A DNA stretch of 64,000 nt from Lobosporangium transversale. Lineage: Eukaryota. The stretch is taken from contig NW_019028989.1 in assembly GCF_002105155.1 (NCBI RefSeq), positions 310,001 to 374,000 on the forward strand, given 5' to 3'. The notes under the pieces are model-generated. The model saw only the letters and a list, made by a program, of their open reading frames with translations, made no database searches and was not told the DNA's origin. A program made the translations under genes and the position numbers. This document shows positions 1 through 13,825 of the stretch, in pieces. Numbering within the stretch: position 1 is the first letter of the stretch; the number at the start of each line of letters is the position of its first letter.

Positions 1-2048
1 GATCTTTGAGATACAGAAAAAAAAAATATACACATCATAAAAAGGTAGGCATTTGAATAAATAGAATGCAAGAAATAACGCGCATGGGAAACAATTGGAA
101 ATAAGGAGTTTCGCAAACTTAATATACATACAGGTGGAAGTTCACTAGACTCTTCCTCTTTGATAATTGTGCCAGCAAGAGTAGCGCTTTCTTTGCTCTC
201 TGTTGGTATCTGGACACGAAGTTTTGGCTTCTTGATACCGCCATTAGTTGGGCTGAGAACAGGCGATATAGCTCCTGATGCTGAGTTAGGAGGATTTGGA
301 GCTGTGATCGAAGACCCATCTGTCATGGGCGAGTCTCCGTTCATTGGTGAATGGCCTGCTTTCATGGCGTTTTGAGTGCTTATAGTTGGCGAAGCTGACT
401 GTGAAAGCGGTTGCTGCTGAACTGGGAGTGTGATAGGGGTTGGCAAAGTTGTTGATATCGATGTGTTTGTCGTCACAGGGAGCTGAATATTCTGTGAGCT
501 CTGAGGCGGAGGCATAACTCGGTTTACGAATGGAGCAGGTTGATGAAATTGTTGTGGTTGATAGGACCGATTTTGAGACTGCATTGGATCTTGATGATAC
601 ATAGTATCTTGGATTGCCTGTGGCTGCGGTTGTTGCTGGTGTTGCGATTGCTGTTGCTGGTGTTGCTGCTGGCGGGGTGGTTGAGGTGACGAATGCTGTG
701 ACGCTGGAAGCTGTTGAAGATGCGGGGGATGCTGGGGTTGTTGTTGCTGATAGTGCTGGGGTTGGTAATGCTGTGACTGCTGCTGCAGAAATAAATGTTG
801 TTGTTGATGTTGCTGGGAATACTGAGGCTGTGCAGGGTACTGCTGTTGTTGGACATAGGCCTGTGAACGATACTGAGGGTCTAGATGCTGTGGTGGCTGT
901 TGGTATTGGATGCCGTCGTACTGCTGAGGATGGATAACCACATTCGGCGGGACCTGGAATGTGCTACGAGGCATGTGGGGTGATATGGATGAGGGTGTAT
1001 GTTGGAGAACCTGCTGTTGGGGAGGCGTATGCATGTGAACTTGAGCAGGAGTACTGTGTGGCTGCGGTGTTACTGATAGTTTACCCCTGTCATCTCCTGC
1101 CACGGATAATACATCATCATCATCGTCCTCCTCTTTGCTTTCTGTTGCATTAAGAAACTCCTTATTGGTGTAAGTCTCGCACGTGTCATTGTACTATATA
1201 ATAAATAAAAGTGACAGTTATTATTAAAATGCAATTGGATCATCCGACAATCCTCTGTTGAGTGATGTTGTTCCCGAATTAGCTGTCCCATTTGAATTGT
1301 TGTTTGATAACAGCCATATTAATGCTCTTTCTCGAATACTATACACAGAGTTCTTGGCCGTATAATCCCACTGTCTTGGCGCATAAAATGTCAGAGAACA
1401 ATTTAGCATTTATCTTATGTATTAGGTTTTTATCCTTACCTCTGTATATCTGAGAAGAATTTGGTCAATGTCGTGCGAAGAGTACTGAACTAGTTTGTTA
1501 TTCGAATTAAAAATAATCAGACCAATCTGGCAGTCGCAGAGGACACTCAGCTCCATCGCTTTTTTCATTAGACCAAAGCGTCTCTTCTGGAACGTAACCT
1601 ACATCAAAAGTCCACCAACAAGAGTGTTATTGCCATGAATGAATTGAACAAGTGGGTTAACAAACTATACTGCTTGATAATTGAAAGCGAAGAAATATGC
1701 TCCCGAAGTTTGTGCCAAGGCCCTATTCCGTTCTCCTGGAAATCCAATTGCTATTAATAAAACAAGCTATGCTAGAGAATTCCTTTAGACCAAGATGCAG
1801 GACAGGAGAGCCTCGAAAAGAAAGTTGGGCAAAGCCAGTCGGATAAAAGAATGAAGTTTTATCCTTTGTTTCTGATAGTGCTGATTGCTTATTTCTGCAA
1901 GTTACACCTTACGTGTTAAGCATTATAGGCAGTGTTTCTGCAACTAATATGTTGAGTGCTATGAAGGAATTATAAATTTCTATGAGGTTTGTACCTGACG
2001 GTTACGTTCGTCCATGATGGTTTTAATCTGAATCTTCTTTCGACCCAT
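1..2048 (-). CDS. MADS-box transcription factor, MEF2/RLM1-like (multi-exon, 3' end probably runs off window)
   Basis: Manual translation: exon 2048-1995 [18 protein letters not shown]; exon 1598-1440 [57 protein letters not shown] junctions; followed by Q/P/S-rich exons. Missed by the ORF track. Confidence 0.9.
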
Positions 2049-3147
2049 TTTGATCTTATTAGCAATGTCAAGGAAGTTAGATTGGATCCTTTCTGCAGAC
2101 AGTAGTTGTGCAGTGTGGGATGTGGATTAACTGGTGTTATTGCCAAAAAGGAATCACTAAAACGAAGAAGGAAAAAAAAATGTGACTGCGCTAGCAGGTC
2201 GACAGAAGAGCCTAGAAATTCAATTGGGTCTCCCTCATGCCTCTGGGTCCGAACAACTGGTCTTCGTTTTTTCTCCCCTTTTTTGAACGTGTCTCTCAAT
2301 GCCTTTCTGTGTTGTGGCCCTTAAAATTTCAATGTGAACATCTCTTTCTCTCAAGTTTGTTATATGGTCTCCACGATACAGATGAAATACTGAGATACAC
2401 CGTCGTAACTAATGCAAGAAAACAGGGGTGGGTCAGACAAGCGCCAAAAATAATTTCCATACAGCTCATAGCACTCATTTTGTACGGATTCATTTTTATT
2501 ATAGTAAACGATACACGGAAGTAATGAAAGACACAAAGCGTGTATGGTGCAAAGCTTGCATGTAGAACGACAGATTGTTAAATGTGGTCTGTCAGAAGCT
2601 AGTCTTGGTAAAAGAGACGGGTTCCAAGATGCCGACAAAAACAGCAATGACTAGTAAGAAATGAGACTGAGGAAATGAAGAAGGAAACAATAAGTAAAGG
2701 GGAGAAGGACGTTTTTTTTATCCGTCTTTACTTATCGATTCCTCTCTCACATATTCACTCAGTAGCTCCCTTCGCCGGATGATCTTCCTGACCACTGATA
2801 CATCTACCCCTATATGCCATGGTGCTCCACACAAGGAGAGAAGTGGTTTTCTTGTTGTTGTGAGAATGAAGGAACGGACAACGGTGTTTAATAATTTGTT
2901 TTACGCCCCTGCATAAGATTGCGTCAATGTACCACTTCACCTGGCCCAACCCCTTCTTTTAGATGCCTTTTTGGTAATGCTCACGCGACACCCTTTCCTT
3001 TTTCATCATTTCAAGCACATCTCAGAGACTGCACTAACAACCTCTTCTCTTTCGTCCCCTCACTTTTCCTTTCTTTTCTTTCGAACCATCTCTCTTCATT
3101 CAACCTTCTTACTACTTATTAAGACCTTGAACCATACCAGTTCTCTC

Positions 3148-3178
<31 letters not shown>

Positions 3179-3232
3179 CATATTATTTCCACTTTCGAGC
3201 TGTATATATAATTTAGTCATATCATTATCGTA

Positions 3233-6200
3233 ATGAAGTTTGCAAAATATCTCCAGAATGAGGCCGTTCCTGAATGGAGAAAGGCCTATATCAACTATAA
3301 ACAAGGGAAAAAGTACCTTAAAGCAATTGAACGCACCCTAGACCAAATAGAAGCAGATGCACAAGCAGAAGCAGAAGTAGAAGAAACAGGAACATATGCT
3401 GCAGAAAACAACCGAATCCCTTCCCATATGCTCCAGATCAATGATCTGGAAAGGAAAGTGCTCGCATCAGATCAATTATCACTTCCTTTGCAGTATGATC
3501 CATCACCCCCTCTCTCCAGCCTTCCTCTCCTACCACCTGAGAGCTTTCCGACAGGTTTACCCAACACAGGTGCATCAACCCCTATTCTGTCAGGAAAGCA
3601 CGGTCGCACAAGGAATTATTCTGCTATTGTAATTTCTCCACCACCGACAAAACCTACATTCTCATTATCTGAAGGCACCGGTTTTTCGCAAGACTCTATA
3701 GATACCGATAACCGATCGAGGCCAATAGAGCCTACTATGCTTAATGACTCCTCTCAGATGGAAGTTCCTTCTTCTGGACAAAATCTCCGAAGGCTTATCA
3801 AATCAGCCTCATCAGGTTCTCGGTTTAGTCATGCAGCCTTATCTCGGGGCTCGCGTTTTTTTAAAAGTATCTCAAGACGCTTTACTATTATTAGCCCACA
3901 CTTAGATATACCTCTACGGACACGGGCGATTCAGAGTAAGCTATTACTTTACAAAGAGTTTTTCAAGGATTCTAATACAGAAGAGCTGAACATCGCTCAC
4001 TGTTGCTCCTGTTGCTCCTGTTCTTCATAGTTGACGATGGTGACATCCACAATGTGCTCGAACAACTCTTACCAGAGGAAAGGGCCTTCTTCCAATTTTT
4101 GGATTCACAACTTGAGATAGTCAATAACTTTTATCGAGGTAAATTTGCATGTATCGAAAAGTTTTCGCTCACCGCGCTAGAATTATATTTTCACTGCATT
4201 GTTGTAACGCTATTTGTTTTCTGCTCATCTTATCGTATTCATTTCCTAAAAAACAAGAGAAGGAGCTTGAAGCGGTAGCAAAACTCAAAGTCATCAAGCA
4301 GCAGCTTTATGTTGCCAATGAATGGCAACGTCGATATGACGACAAAATGGTACCAGTCATCATCAATACCACTTAAAAACCTATCAATCTCTACTTAGCT
4401 TTTTCTTTCGATTTATCACTCGTGCGGATATTGCTGGAATTCTTTTTATTTTTATTTTTATTATTTATGTTTTTTTGTTTCATTTTGTTTTATTGGCTAG
4501 GCAAAAGCTGATGTCGATCAAGGCTGGTATGCTACAGAATGGTCAAAAGTCCGTAAGGGCTTTGATAATCTTATGCGAGCGGATAATCCTGTAACAGAGA
4601 ACGTGGTCATAGCGCCGTCGAAAAGGTCACTTCAACCAGCTACTACAGCAGTTGGCGGACAACTTGACTTTAACAAGCCCAACGCTCTAGGCTATGACGA
4701 AGAACTTGTTTTGCAGGCAGAAGAAAACCGTCGTCAGAGACTAAATCACAAAGTTGCAAGGACCAGAATCAAAGCGGCATTGTATGAATTCTATCGTAGC
4801 CTTGAGATGATCAGGAATTACAAGGTGCTAAACCACACAGGCTTTGCAAAGATTCTTAAAAAGTTTGATAAAACAGCAGGTTGGAAAGCTTCAAAGTCAT
4901 ACATGAACTCCAAGCTAAGGTTCGCATATTTTATGACGTCAGGGTCAATTGAACAACTTACCAAGGAAACGGAAGATGTATTTATCGATGCCTTTGAAAA
5001 AGGTCACAGACGCAAGGGGATGGCCAAGCTAAGAATACCAGATTCGAAGAATCAGGTAAAACTGCTCTTGAGTATTTCAAAGTTAGTGTTTGTTGAAATG
5101 AAATGAAGCATACTGATGTTTATTTTATTACTACCAGACACATCATCTGACGTCGACAAGAGTTGGGCTGTATCTCGGCTTGGCCGTACCCTTAATGGTC
5201 CAGGCTCTTCAAGGGGCATTTTCAAGCGAAGCAGCTGAAAGTATTCCATACTGGGATGGCCTCCTGCTCGTCTACGCGGGGTTTTTCTTGACCATATTGT
5301 TTGCATGCCTATTCGGAGTCAATATGTACGTCTGGGCAAAAGCACGGATCAATTACAAGTTTATATTTGAGTTCGATCCACGCGACAATCTTGATTTTCA
5401 TGAGTATTTTGAGGTAAAAGTCGATAGCGCATACTTAAACAGCCTTAACACCTAAAAGCTACTTTGCAAATGTTAATTTTTTTATGGCCTATCATATTGA
5501 TATCTTTTAGCTCCCCGTATTCCTAATGCTTCTATTGACATTGGCGGTGTATCTTGATTTCGGCTCTAAACTTACTGCTCATGTTGCCACTGCGTATTGG
5601 CCTCTGATTTTCATGGCTACAACAGCAGCCATCCTCTTCTGCCCTCTACCTATTACGCATTTTACTTCTCGGCGTTGGTTTATTTCGAGTATCGGCCGAA
5701 TCCTCGCTAGCGGATACTACCGGGTCGAATTCCGAGACTTTTTCCTTGCAGATGAAATGAATTCTCTTTCATATTCAATTGAGCAATTTGAATTTGCTAT
5801 TTGTGCCTACTCTCAACAATGGAACGACCTCGGTAGGATTTACTTCCCAAATGATATAAAAACATATTAACAAAGATGAGTTAAGCAGTCTAATATTTTG
5901 ATACCGGTTGACTATATGTATAGGAAGCACCTGTTCTACTAGCCATATGTGGATCACTCCATTTTTGACTGCTTTACCAGCCTGGTTCCGTTTTCTGCAA
6001 TGCCTGCGCCGTTATCGTGATACTTTAGAGTGGTTTCCTCACCTGTTAAACGCTGGGAAATATTCTGCTAGCCTCGTCAATTTATTTGTGTATTTTTCCT
6101 ACCGGCATTTTGGCGGCCCACATCTCAAGATTACTTGGATCTGCTTCTCAATTTTGACAAGTATTTACACATTTACCTGGGATGTTTATATGGATTGGGG

Positions 6201-7541
6201 CTTGTTTCGATTTGGGAAACACGGCGGGGGAGCATATGGACACCCGTTTTTGAGACAAGAGTTAGTTTATTCAAAAACATGGGTTTACTACATGGCAATT
6301 ATATTAGATTTTTTAGGAAGATTTTCATGGACTCTTAGATTAATCCCTATGAAAGTAAATGTGATGCTGCTGTCGTTCGGCCTAGCGTTACTAGAGGTTT
6401 TACGGTAAGTTGTTTGCTTTACAATAGAGGGCATGTCTCAGTGCAATGCTATAGATTATCATTCCCAATCTGACAAAAATACGTGAATCGTAGACGATGG
6501 CAGTGGAATTTTTTTCGATTAGAGAACGAGCATTTGAATAACTGTGGACAGTTCAGGGCTATTAAAGACATCCCCCTTCCGTTCCACATTCGCGTCGCGG
6601 GGGATTCTGATGAAGATGAAGAGGAGGAAGAAGTCGAAGAGGAGGAAGAAGTCGAAGAGGAGGAAGAAGTCGAAGAGGAGAGGCTGGGAGCAAATGAACA
6701 GAGAGAATATGAAGCTCAACCAAATCACGACCTACAAACATTATATACCGACAGCAATAGAAAGTCTTCAGCTTCGCGGTTTGAGAGTAACCTGCCGAGA
6801 AACTCTAGATTAGTCCACTCACCAAGTTCACATAGTGCCTGCGGAAGGGATAGTAATTTAAATCAAGGCTGTGGCCTCTCCAATTCTTATGGTGGATATT
6901 GCAAGGCAAGTTCGCGCCGTGGCTCAGTGTACTCTACAAGATCTCGAAGCAGCTTGGAAACCGCACCGAATGCGAATTTACGGACAGAATTGCCTTCAAA
7001 ATCCCTCAGCTACACTCATATACCCAGAGCCAGCATTGAAGCCAGATCTGGTTTAATTTCTATGTATGGAAGCTCTTCTAGTGCTCGGAGAAGTTTTCCT
7101 GGATGTATCAAAGATGACCAATCGGAGAACCCTTTTAAAGTCGCGCGTAGCAATTCGTTTGTTGAAGCTGCGGTTGCTGAGGCTGGTTTTAAAGACTCGC
7201 AACTTGAGGCTCTAGAGCGCGAGGCTAACAGCAAGAATAAGTTTTATGATCGACGTGACTTCGATTCTAAGATTATCGACACAGACGCTGACCTTTGGAG
7301 CAATAGCGCCACCACAAAGGAATGCAGACCTCCAGTTAGCTCACGCTCATTACATGGCCAGCAATTCCTTAGTCTTGGGTCTGACCAACGGATGGCAATA
7401 GGGAATAGTGGGGACATGAGGAGGAGATCGCAGAGATTGCCACGCAGAAGGAATATGAGTATTGGCGTACTTATGAGAAATACGATATTTGGATACCCTA
7501 AACGCAGCGATTCAGATGAGGAAGATGAAGATTCAGAATAA
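3233..7541 (+). CDS. SYG1: SPX-EXS domain protein (SYG1/XPR1 phosphate exporter family), multi-exon
   Basis: N-terminal [27 protein letters not shown] (SPX), [18 protein letters not shown] motifs [51 protein letters not shown]. Confidence 0.93.
6618..6680 (+). repeat. 18-bp coding tandem repeat (EEEEEV x3)
   Basis: gaagaggaggaagaagtc repeated three times within the SYG1 C-terminal exon. Confidence 0.85.
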
Positions 7542-7700
7542 AACAATCTTTCATTCTTAGTTCCTAGTTTGACTTGATATATTACTAGCTTTTTTCTATT
7601 CCTTTCATGTTTGTTTATAATACACTGTGGTATATTTTAATAGCATTCCCTAGGCTAGATATATCCAGATGTACCCCTTCCCTTCCTTTTGTGATGTTCC

Positions 7701-9250
7701 CTACTGAGTGCTTTGTACACTGGTTCTAACTGTACTAACATCATCAAATATATCTAATTTCGTGACATCTGATTGACCAACTTCTATAACTTGGCAAATA
7801 TCTCTATGATTACCCGTGGCCATCTTATGTCCTTCCGTGCGGGCATTCATGACGCTTAATACATGACCAAGCGGCACTAGCATCCCGAAAAGCAGACAGA
7901 CGAATGAAAATACAAGCATTTGTCTCTTACTACGTTGGTAAAAGAATCTGAAATTCAAGAGAGGGTTTGTATCCCCCTTTGCTGGGGACTTCAAAGTGGA
8001 GAGTAAGGAGCTCATTAAAAATTCAAAAGTGTTCTGCGATGGAGGTTCTGTTTCTCTCATGATCTCATTCATGCTTGTCTTTTTGGGCCCTTCGGCGGTC
8101 GACATAATGATAGAAGGATGTCTTTGGAGATTTAAAGATGTAGAGTTGCGTTTCGATGAAAGCTCTTTTGAGTTAACGCCTACTGGTGACGTTAGTACCG
8201 GACTCGGAAGCGAGTCAAAAGATTGCCTGGAGTCGGTGAATTGGATTGGGTATGAGCCAGGGGATGTCGTTGCAGAGGAGCATGCTGATGAGCTATTGGA
8301 GAGTCGTCTTCCAAGTCCATCCATCGATATGTTAAGTCTTGTCGACTCCGTATACTGCCAACGCTCAAACACTTGTTGATTTCGTTGTCGAACAGAGGCT
8401 GTGGCACCAAGACTAGCGTTAGCCAGATGCTGTTGGTTATGTAGGCTAGGAGTTGAATGGCCCACATCAAATTGTGCGGAAGATGGAATGTATGCTGCGG
8501 CAGCGGATGAAATAGGCGAAGAAGAAGTGACGGATGAAGAGGATAGAGATCCTACATCATCCTCCGGTTCTTGTAGCGAGAGCGCTGACTGAGAAGAACA
8601 AGTGATGTAATTTTCGAGAATTCGTTTTGAGTCAAGAGCCTTCCACTGTTCCAAAAAAGCCAGTACAAGGAAATCATTTCAAGCGAGGGAAAGAAGCAAA
8701 AAGGTAAAAAAAAAAAAAAAAAGGTTAAAAATGAAAACAAAGAATTACGGATGAAGAGAAGAGCACCCTCACCGCTAGCGTTGGAACCAGGAACAGATTG
8801 CCAAACTCACGCTGAGAGGACTGAGCGATAGCGTTTCCTCATTCGTCAATGCAACTGTTTGCAGTAGGAACTTATCTTGAGGACTGACCCATTTATCAGA
8901 GCGAACTATGTACGATGTCATACATGTTATTAAAACATCTATTCACATGGGCAAGCGAAAAGAAATAAAATAAAATAAAAGTGGATAAAGGTCATGTACG
9001 TACCAAAGATTTTAACGGATTCACCTGGCCTCAATGTGCCGAACACGGGCTTGACTGAGTATTTCATTGGCGCATTCGTCTTAAACTTGTACCCAACAGG
9101 TGTTGAGGCTAAGTTTTTTAGCTTAACTTTAGACACTTGGCCAATTGAGACCTTTGAAGCTGACTCGTTTAAGGTACAAAGTATCAAAAGTTAAAACGCG
9201 TCTGCTACGAAATTTTTCTAGCCAACCAAATTAAAGCATTTTGCCATGGG
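7701..9250 (-). CDS. MSP (major sperm protein/VAP-like) domain protein with C-terminal hydrophobic segment; start approximate
   Basis: KLKNLASTPVGYKFKTNAPMKYSVKPVFGTLRPGESVKI resembles the MSP domain; next exon contains DKFLLQTV; last exon has hydrophobic MLVFSFVCLLFGMLVPL. Confidence 0.7.
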
Positions 9251-9523
9251 GTGTGTTCTTGGTTATGCCTTCATCGAAATCAAGAACGTGGAAGTGTATG
9301 TGGCACCCCAATGAATTATTTATCTCCTCACGCTGTAGCCATCTATTGTATCGACATGAACTAAGCCCTCATGTACTAGCTTGAGCGTGATGAACCATAT
9401 TTTCCTCCTCTGCTCCACTTAGCCAAGATTCTCTTGCCATGTGCTCATTAGCTTTTCCAGAGAAAAGTAACAAAGCAGCAATATCGAACGATAAAACGAT
9501 TTGACAGAGCAAATTGTGTTGAA

Positions 9524-9554
<31 letters not shown>

Positions 9555-9780
9555 GAGCCACGATTCAACTCAAACACCTTTTCCTTATCGCAAACAGGCT
9601 TATGTGAGCCAATTAGCCGTGCACAATAGGAGCAAGCACGCGCATCTGATCACCAAAGCGGCATTGAATTGTGACCTCCTGAACGTGTTGTTTGATCGAA
9701 CATATCCCGATGAAGGAGCTGTAGTATAAGGGTTGTATAAATGATATATATCTGTATTGCTGAGGATTGGAAGAGTACGA

Positions 9781-9816
<36 letters not shown>

Positions 9817-10781
9817 GCAAATAGTAAAATAGTGAATAAGGATAGAAATGACCATAAAATATTGTCTCAGGGACCTTCAGTTAAGATATCACACCCTGTT
9901 TCTTCTTAGCCATTAATGGTTGGGGTGGATCTCCGTCATTGTATTTAAGATGAGTAGTGGTAATGGTTGTTTTTTATCAATATTTATTTATTTTTTTTTT
10001 TACCTGTAAAATGGAGTTGCTGCGGAGACACTTGAATAAGCCCAATTGGGGTAGATTCGAAGGAACTCTGGGGATGTATTGAAGACATGTTGCTATTACG
10101 AGCTGCTAACGAGATAACAAGTTGCAAGCCATTCAGTGTAAATGGAATATGGGAATAGCTACTGATATGAGATGGATTTATTTAAAGAGAGCGCTGATAC
10201 AGACGAAAGAAGGAGGGAATGAAATAAACAGACGATGGGTACTTTTTAAGTTTCGATCTCATTGAAGCTCATACGATAATTCAGCTTCGATTCATCACAT
10301 GACTTTTATTTACTATTTATTTTTCTTATCAAATTTTTTTCTTTTTTCTCCAACCTTCTCCATCATAATCACCTTGCTCATGCCTTCATCTCGATGAAGC
10401 GAGTTAAACGATCGGAGAGAGACACAATCAGCCTGCACTCTATCTCTTCTCACATAGCCTTCTTGCTTTGTTCTTATTACTCTTCTCGTCCTCTTCGGAG
10501 AGCAGGGAATGTGAAACGGAGCAAAAGCTCGAAGGGTGAGTAGGGAAAGGAGCCTGGCATATCCTTGCTGCAGATCGTTCTGGATTCGGGACTCTGGTGA
10601 CTCTAACCATGGCACCAGATCAGCCCATTACCTTTTGACGATTTGAAGCGAGTGATACATACTCATTTTTATAATTATAATTTACTATATGGTATCAGGG
10701 ATCTATTTCTTATTGTGAATGTGGTGTAAAAAAAAAAATCCTTGATGTTGGGGTACATGGATACATAACGTAGATTTGATT

Positions 10782-13176
10782 TTAATAATCGGCATTTTCA
10801 GGTGCCCAAAGTTTGAATGTTCTATCGAATCCACTAGAGCCAAGGAATCGGCCATCACTTGAGATATCTAATCCAGTAACTTTTCCTGTGTGGCCTACTA
10901 AACTCTTTTGTAACTTCCAATCATCTGCACTCCATAACTTAACCGTCCCGTCAAAGCTACAACTTCCCAAATAAATACCGCTCTTGCTCGGTCGTACTAT
11001 TTCTCCGTCGACTTGCATGTTCGAGTCTGTGTTATTATCACCCAAAACAGGGCCTGGATAGAATTTGATGTCGGAGACAAGATTGGTGTGCGCAGGAATA
11101 GAATGAATGGACCGTAACGTCCTCAAATCCCAGATGCGGATTGAATTGTCAGCGCTTCCAGTGGCGATCTGGTATCCGTTAGGTGCAAAGTCAATTCCTA
11201 AGATATCGGAAACATGGCCCTCCATCGTCAGCGCTGACCGTCCTGTCCTTAAATCCCATACACGCCCGATAGCGTCCAGACCTCCAGTGGCAGCGAGTGA
11301 TCCGTCACACTGGAATCCGATTGCATACACTTCACGGGAGTGGCCTCGCTGTGTTAAAAGCTCGATTCCAGATTCGATATCCCAGAGCCTCCATGTACCA
11401 TCAAACGCTGCGCTCCCCAAAAATCGACCCATTGGATGGAAGCCTATACGAGCCACCCTTGCCTCGTGACCTTTCAATGACTGTATAGGAGTCTCACTTT
11501 CCAGCGACCACAGATTAACCTTTCCATCTCCACCGCCTGTAGCTAGATTCACGGCCCCACGATCTTGTGAAATGTGTGCTTTTGGGTGCCATCTGAGGCC
11601 TCCGATCTTGTCAGTATGCCCTGAATGAAAGCATATGTGTTAGTTTGGCAAAGTCTGATCGATAACAGTGAGGTACTGTTCCAAAAGCATATTAACAATC
11701 CATACCACGTAATGTGTGCACTTGTTTCGAGTCGGGGACGCTCCAAATCTTGCATAAACCACTAAATGAACCTGTTGCTAGAAATTTACTATCTGGGGAA
11801 AATGCACACTGCGATAATGGCCGGTCATCTCCAATTTGGGATGAATAATTGGTATAAACCTAACAAGTATATATTTACATGTATCAAGAGTTAGGCATCC
11901 AGTGCTTTTAACGAGTAAACAATAAGCTAAAAATGATCATTCTCAAATTCAGTCTGGAAAAGTACCCTCAGTTTCTCAAACTCCTCAGACCGCATGCTCT
12001 TGTATACTACGACTGATATTTTGCTCTCTTCGTTTTGCCTTGCTACTCTCATGGCAGCTTTTTGTAGAGAGAACCGTGCAATATCTCTTCGAGCCTTTAA
12101 TAAGTTTTCTGTCCCTGGCGTGTATACTTCCCCCTGAAATTAATTATTTTTCGAATGAATTCTAATCAGCCTTCTATATACGAGTCAATTGTTTTTTTTT
12201 TTTTTTTTTTTTTTTTTTTTGTTTTTCCATAAGTAATAATTAACAAACAACAAATTACCTCCTCTTCGTCAGAACTACTTTCTTCCGCCTCATCTCCTGA
12301 AGCCATTTTTTCGTCATCCCCTTCCGTGGGTGCGTCTTTTGCCATCAACTCTCTTAAACGTGATCGACGGTCCATATTCTAAGGAAAAAGCAAGTAATTG
12401 AGATTGACTTCAGGTTAGAGCATAAAATCCTGTTATGCAAGACCTCCTCATCCCATGCATTTGACTTCCATTGAGCGCTTACATCTTCACCAAACAAGCA
12501 TTGAGGCTCTCCAAGTTCTCTTAGCTTTTCCCGGACTTTTTTGTCATCGGTTGGGACTGCTATTGTCCTGGCTCTCTTCTTACGTTCAAACATCTCAAGG
12601 ATTTCAGAGTGCTGATCCCGCGCCCTCTTTGATGATGCGGAGTGCTCGAACTTGTCATCAACCTCTAATAAAGTCGATATATACCACAGAGATTAGAAAC
12701 GGGATGTAGGTGTTATATATCAATCCATAGCTTTTATGGATTTCACTTTGCACACCACCATACCATCTATATCTCTAATCTTTTTCTTTCTTTTTCTTTT
12801 TCTTTTTCTTTTTCTTTTTCTTTTTCTTTTTCTTTTGCTTACTGAGATCTTCTATGGCTGTAGCCCCCTTGAGTGCAGTTGTTGACGTAGAAGGTGAAGA
12901 AGTAGCAGGAGCTGCTGCTGCCGCTGCTGCCTGGCGATTCCTTGCCTCAATGGCTTCAAGAGACCCAAAATGAATGCGGCCTCCTGTAGGATTTCCATTT
13001 GCGCCTTCCATGATTCGGGCCTTTCTGTAATAAAATTGAATGAGAAGAGTTAAATGAGCAAGAATGTTGTTGAGGTCGCGTTATACTATTGGGCTGGGCG
13101 CAGGGCTCAGTGGCTTGAATTGATCTGTTTTATTTTGCCAGTTAAACCTGACTGTAGAGACTTATACCGATGCCAT
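10782..13176 (-). CDS. PRP4: U4/U6 snRNP WD40 protein Prp4, multi-exon; start approximate (13011-13176)
   Basis: SFM/PRP4 motif [38 protein letters not shown] exon, and WD40 repeats ([44 protein letters not shown]). Confidence 0.92.
12777..12836. repeat. (TTTTTC)n microsatellite in PRP4 intron
   Basis: About nine tandem tttttc units. Confidence 0.85.
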
Positions 13177-13219
13177 TTTTGGTTAGTCCGATATCAATTA
13201 CTAAAGTAGTAGGCTTATC

Positions 13220-13349
13220 CTAGGCTCGTCACCAGCCTGAGAGAGAAGCATCTGCAAGAGCAAGCCACCAGTTGCCTTTTTAGGCACGCTTGCCTTGCAG
13301 CACGTGTAAACACACGTGCGCTTCGTCCTCAGGCTGGTGACGAGCCTAG
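13220..13349. mobile_element. Short MITE-like element with terminal inverted repeats, possible TA TSD
   Basis: ctaggctcgtcaccagcctgag (13220-13241) and its exact reverse complement (13328-13349); the same core recurs at 56909 and 57332. Confidence 0.7.
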
Positions 13350-13825
13350 ATTGAAACAAGTCGTGCGAGACAGAGGTATACGCCTCAGTTGCTTTTTCCT
13401 ATGACCTCTTTCAATACAAGTGGGTCTTCTGGTCCCGATTCTGCAATATCCTTTGATGTCATATCCACCATGGATTGTTCTGAGCTTGGCATTGGGCCGG
13501 GAGCTTGAACCGATTGTGAGTGTGTATCTTTGGTGGTTCGCCTGTAGAGAAAGAGAGGCCGAAGCGAAGTATAAAGTCTATACAGAGATTTAGAGCCGAA
13601 GAGCAATTTGAACGCTTTTTGTGTAAAATAAAAGGAGACATCCTCTGTCCCATTTTTCCTCCTTGCCTTTCCTTTCTTCATTTTCTATCTTTCTATCTGT
13701 CCCTTTTGATCAACCCAATAATCTAATAACCCAGTAACTCCGATACTTGAAATAATTCAAAGATCAGGGAGGTTCACTCTTTATCATTCACTTTGAAGAC
13801 GCTTGATATTCTATAAAGGTTCATT

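Noticed and set aside
9500..10700. Short ORFs and poly-K/poly-F ORFs here and elsewhere
   Set aside because: Products of A/T homopolymer tracts or antisense shadows of real exons; no domain support
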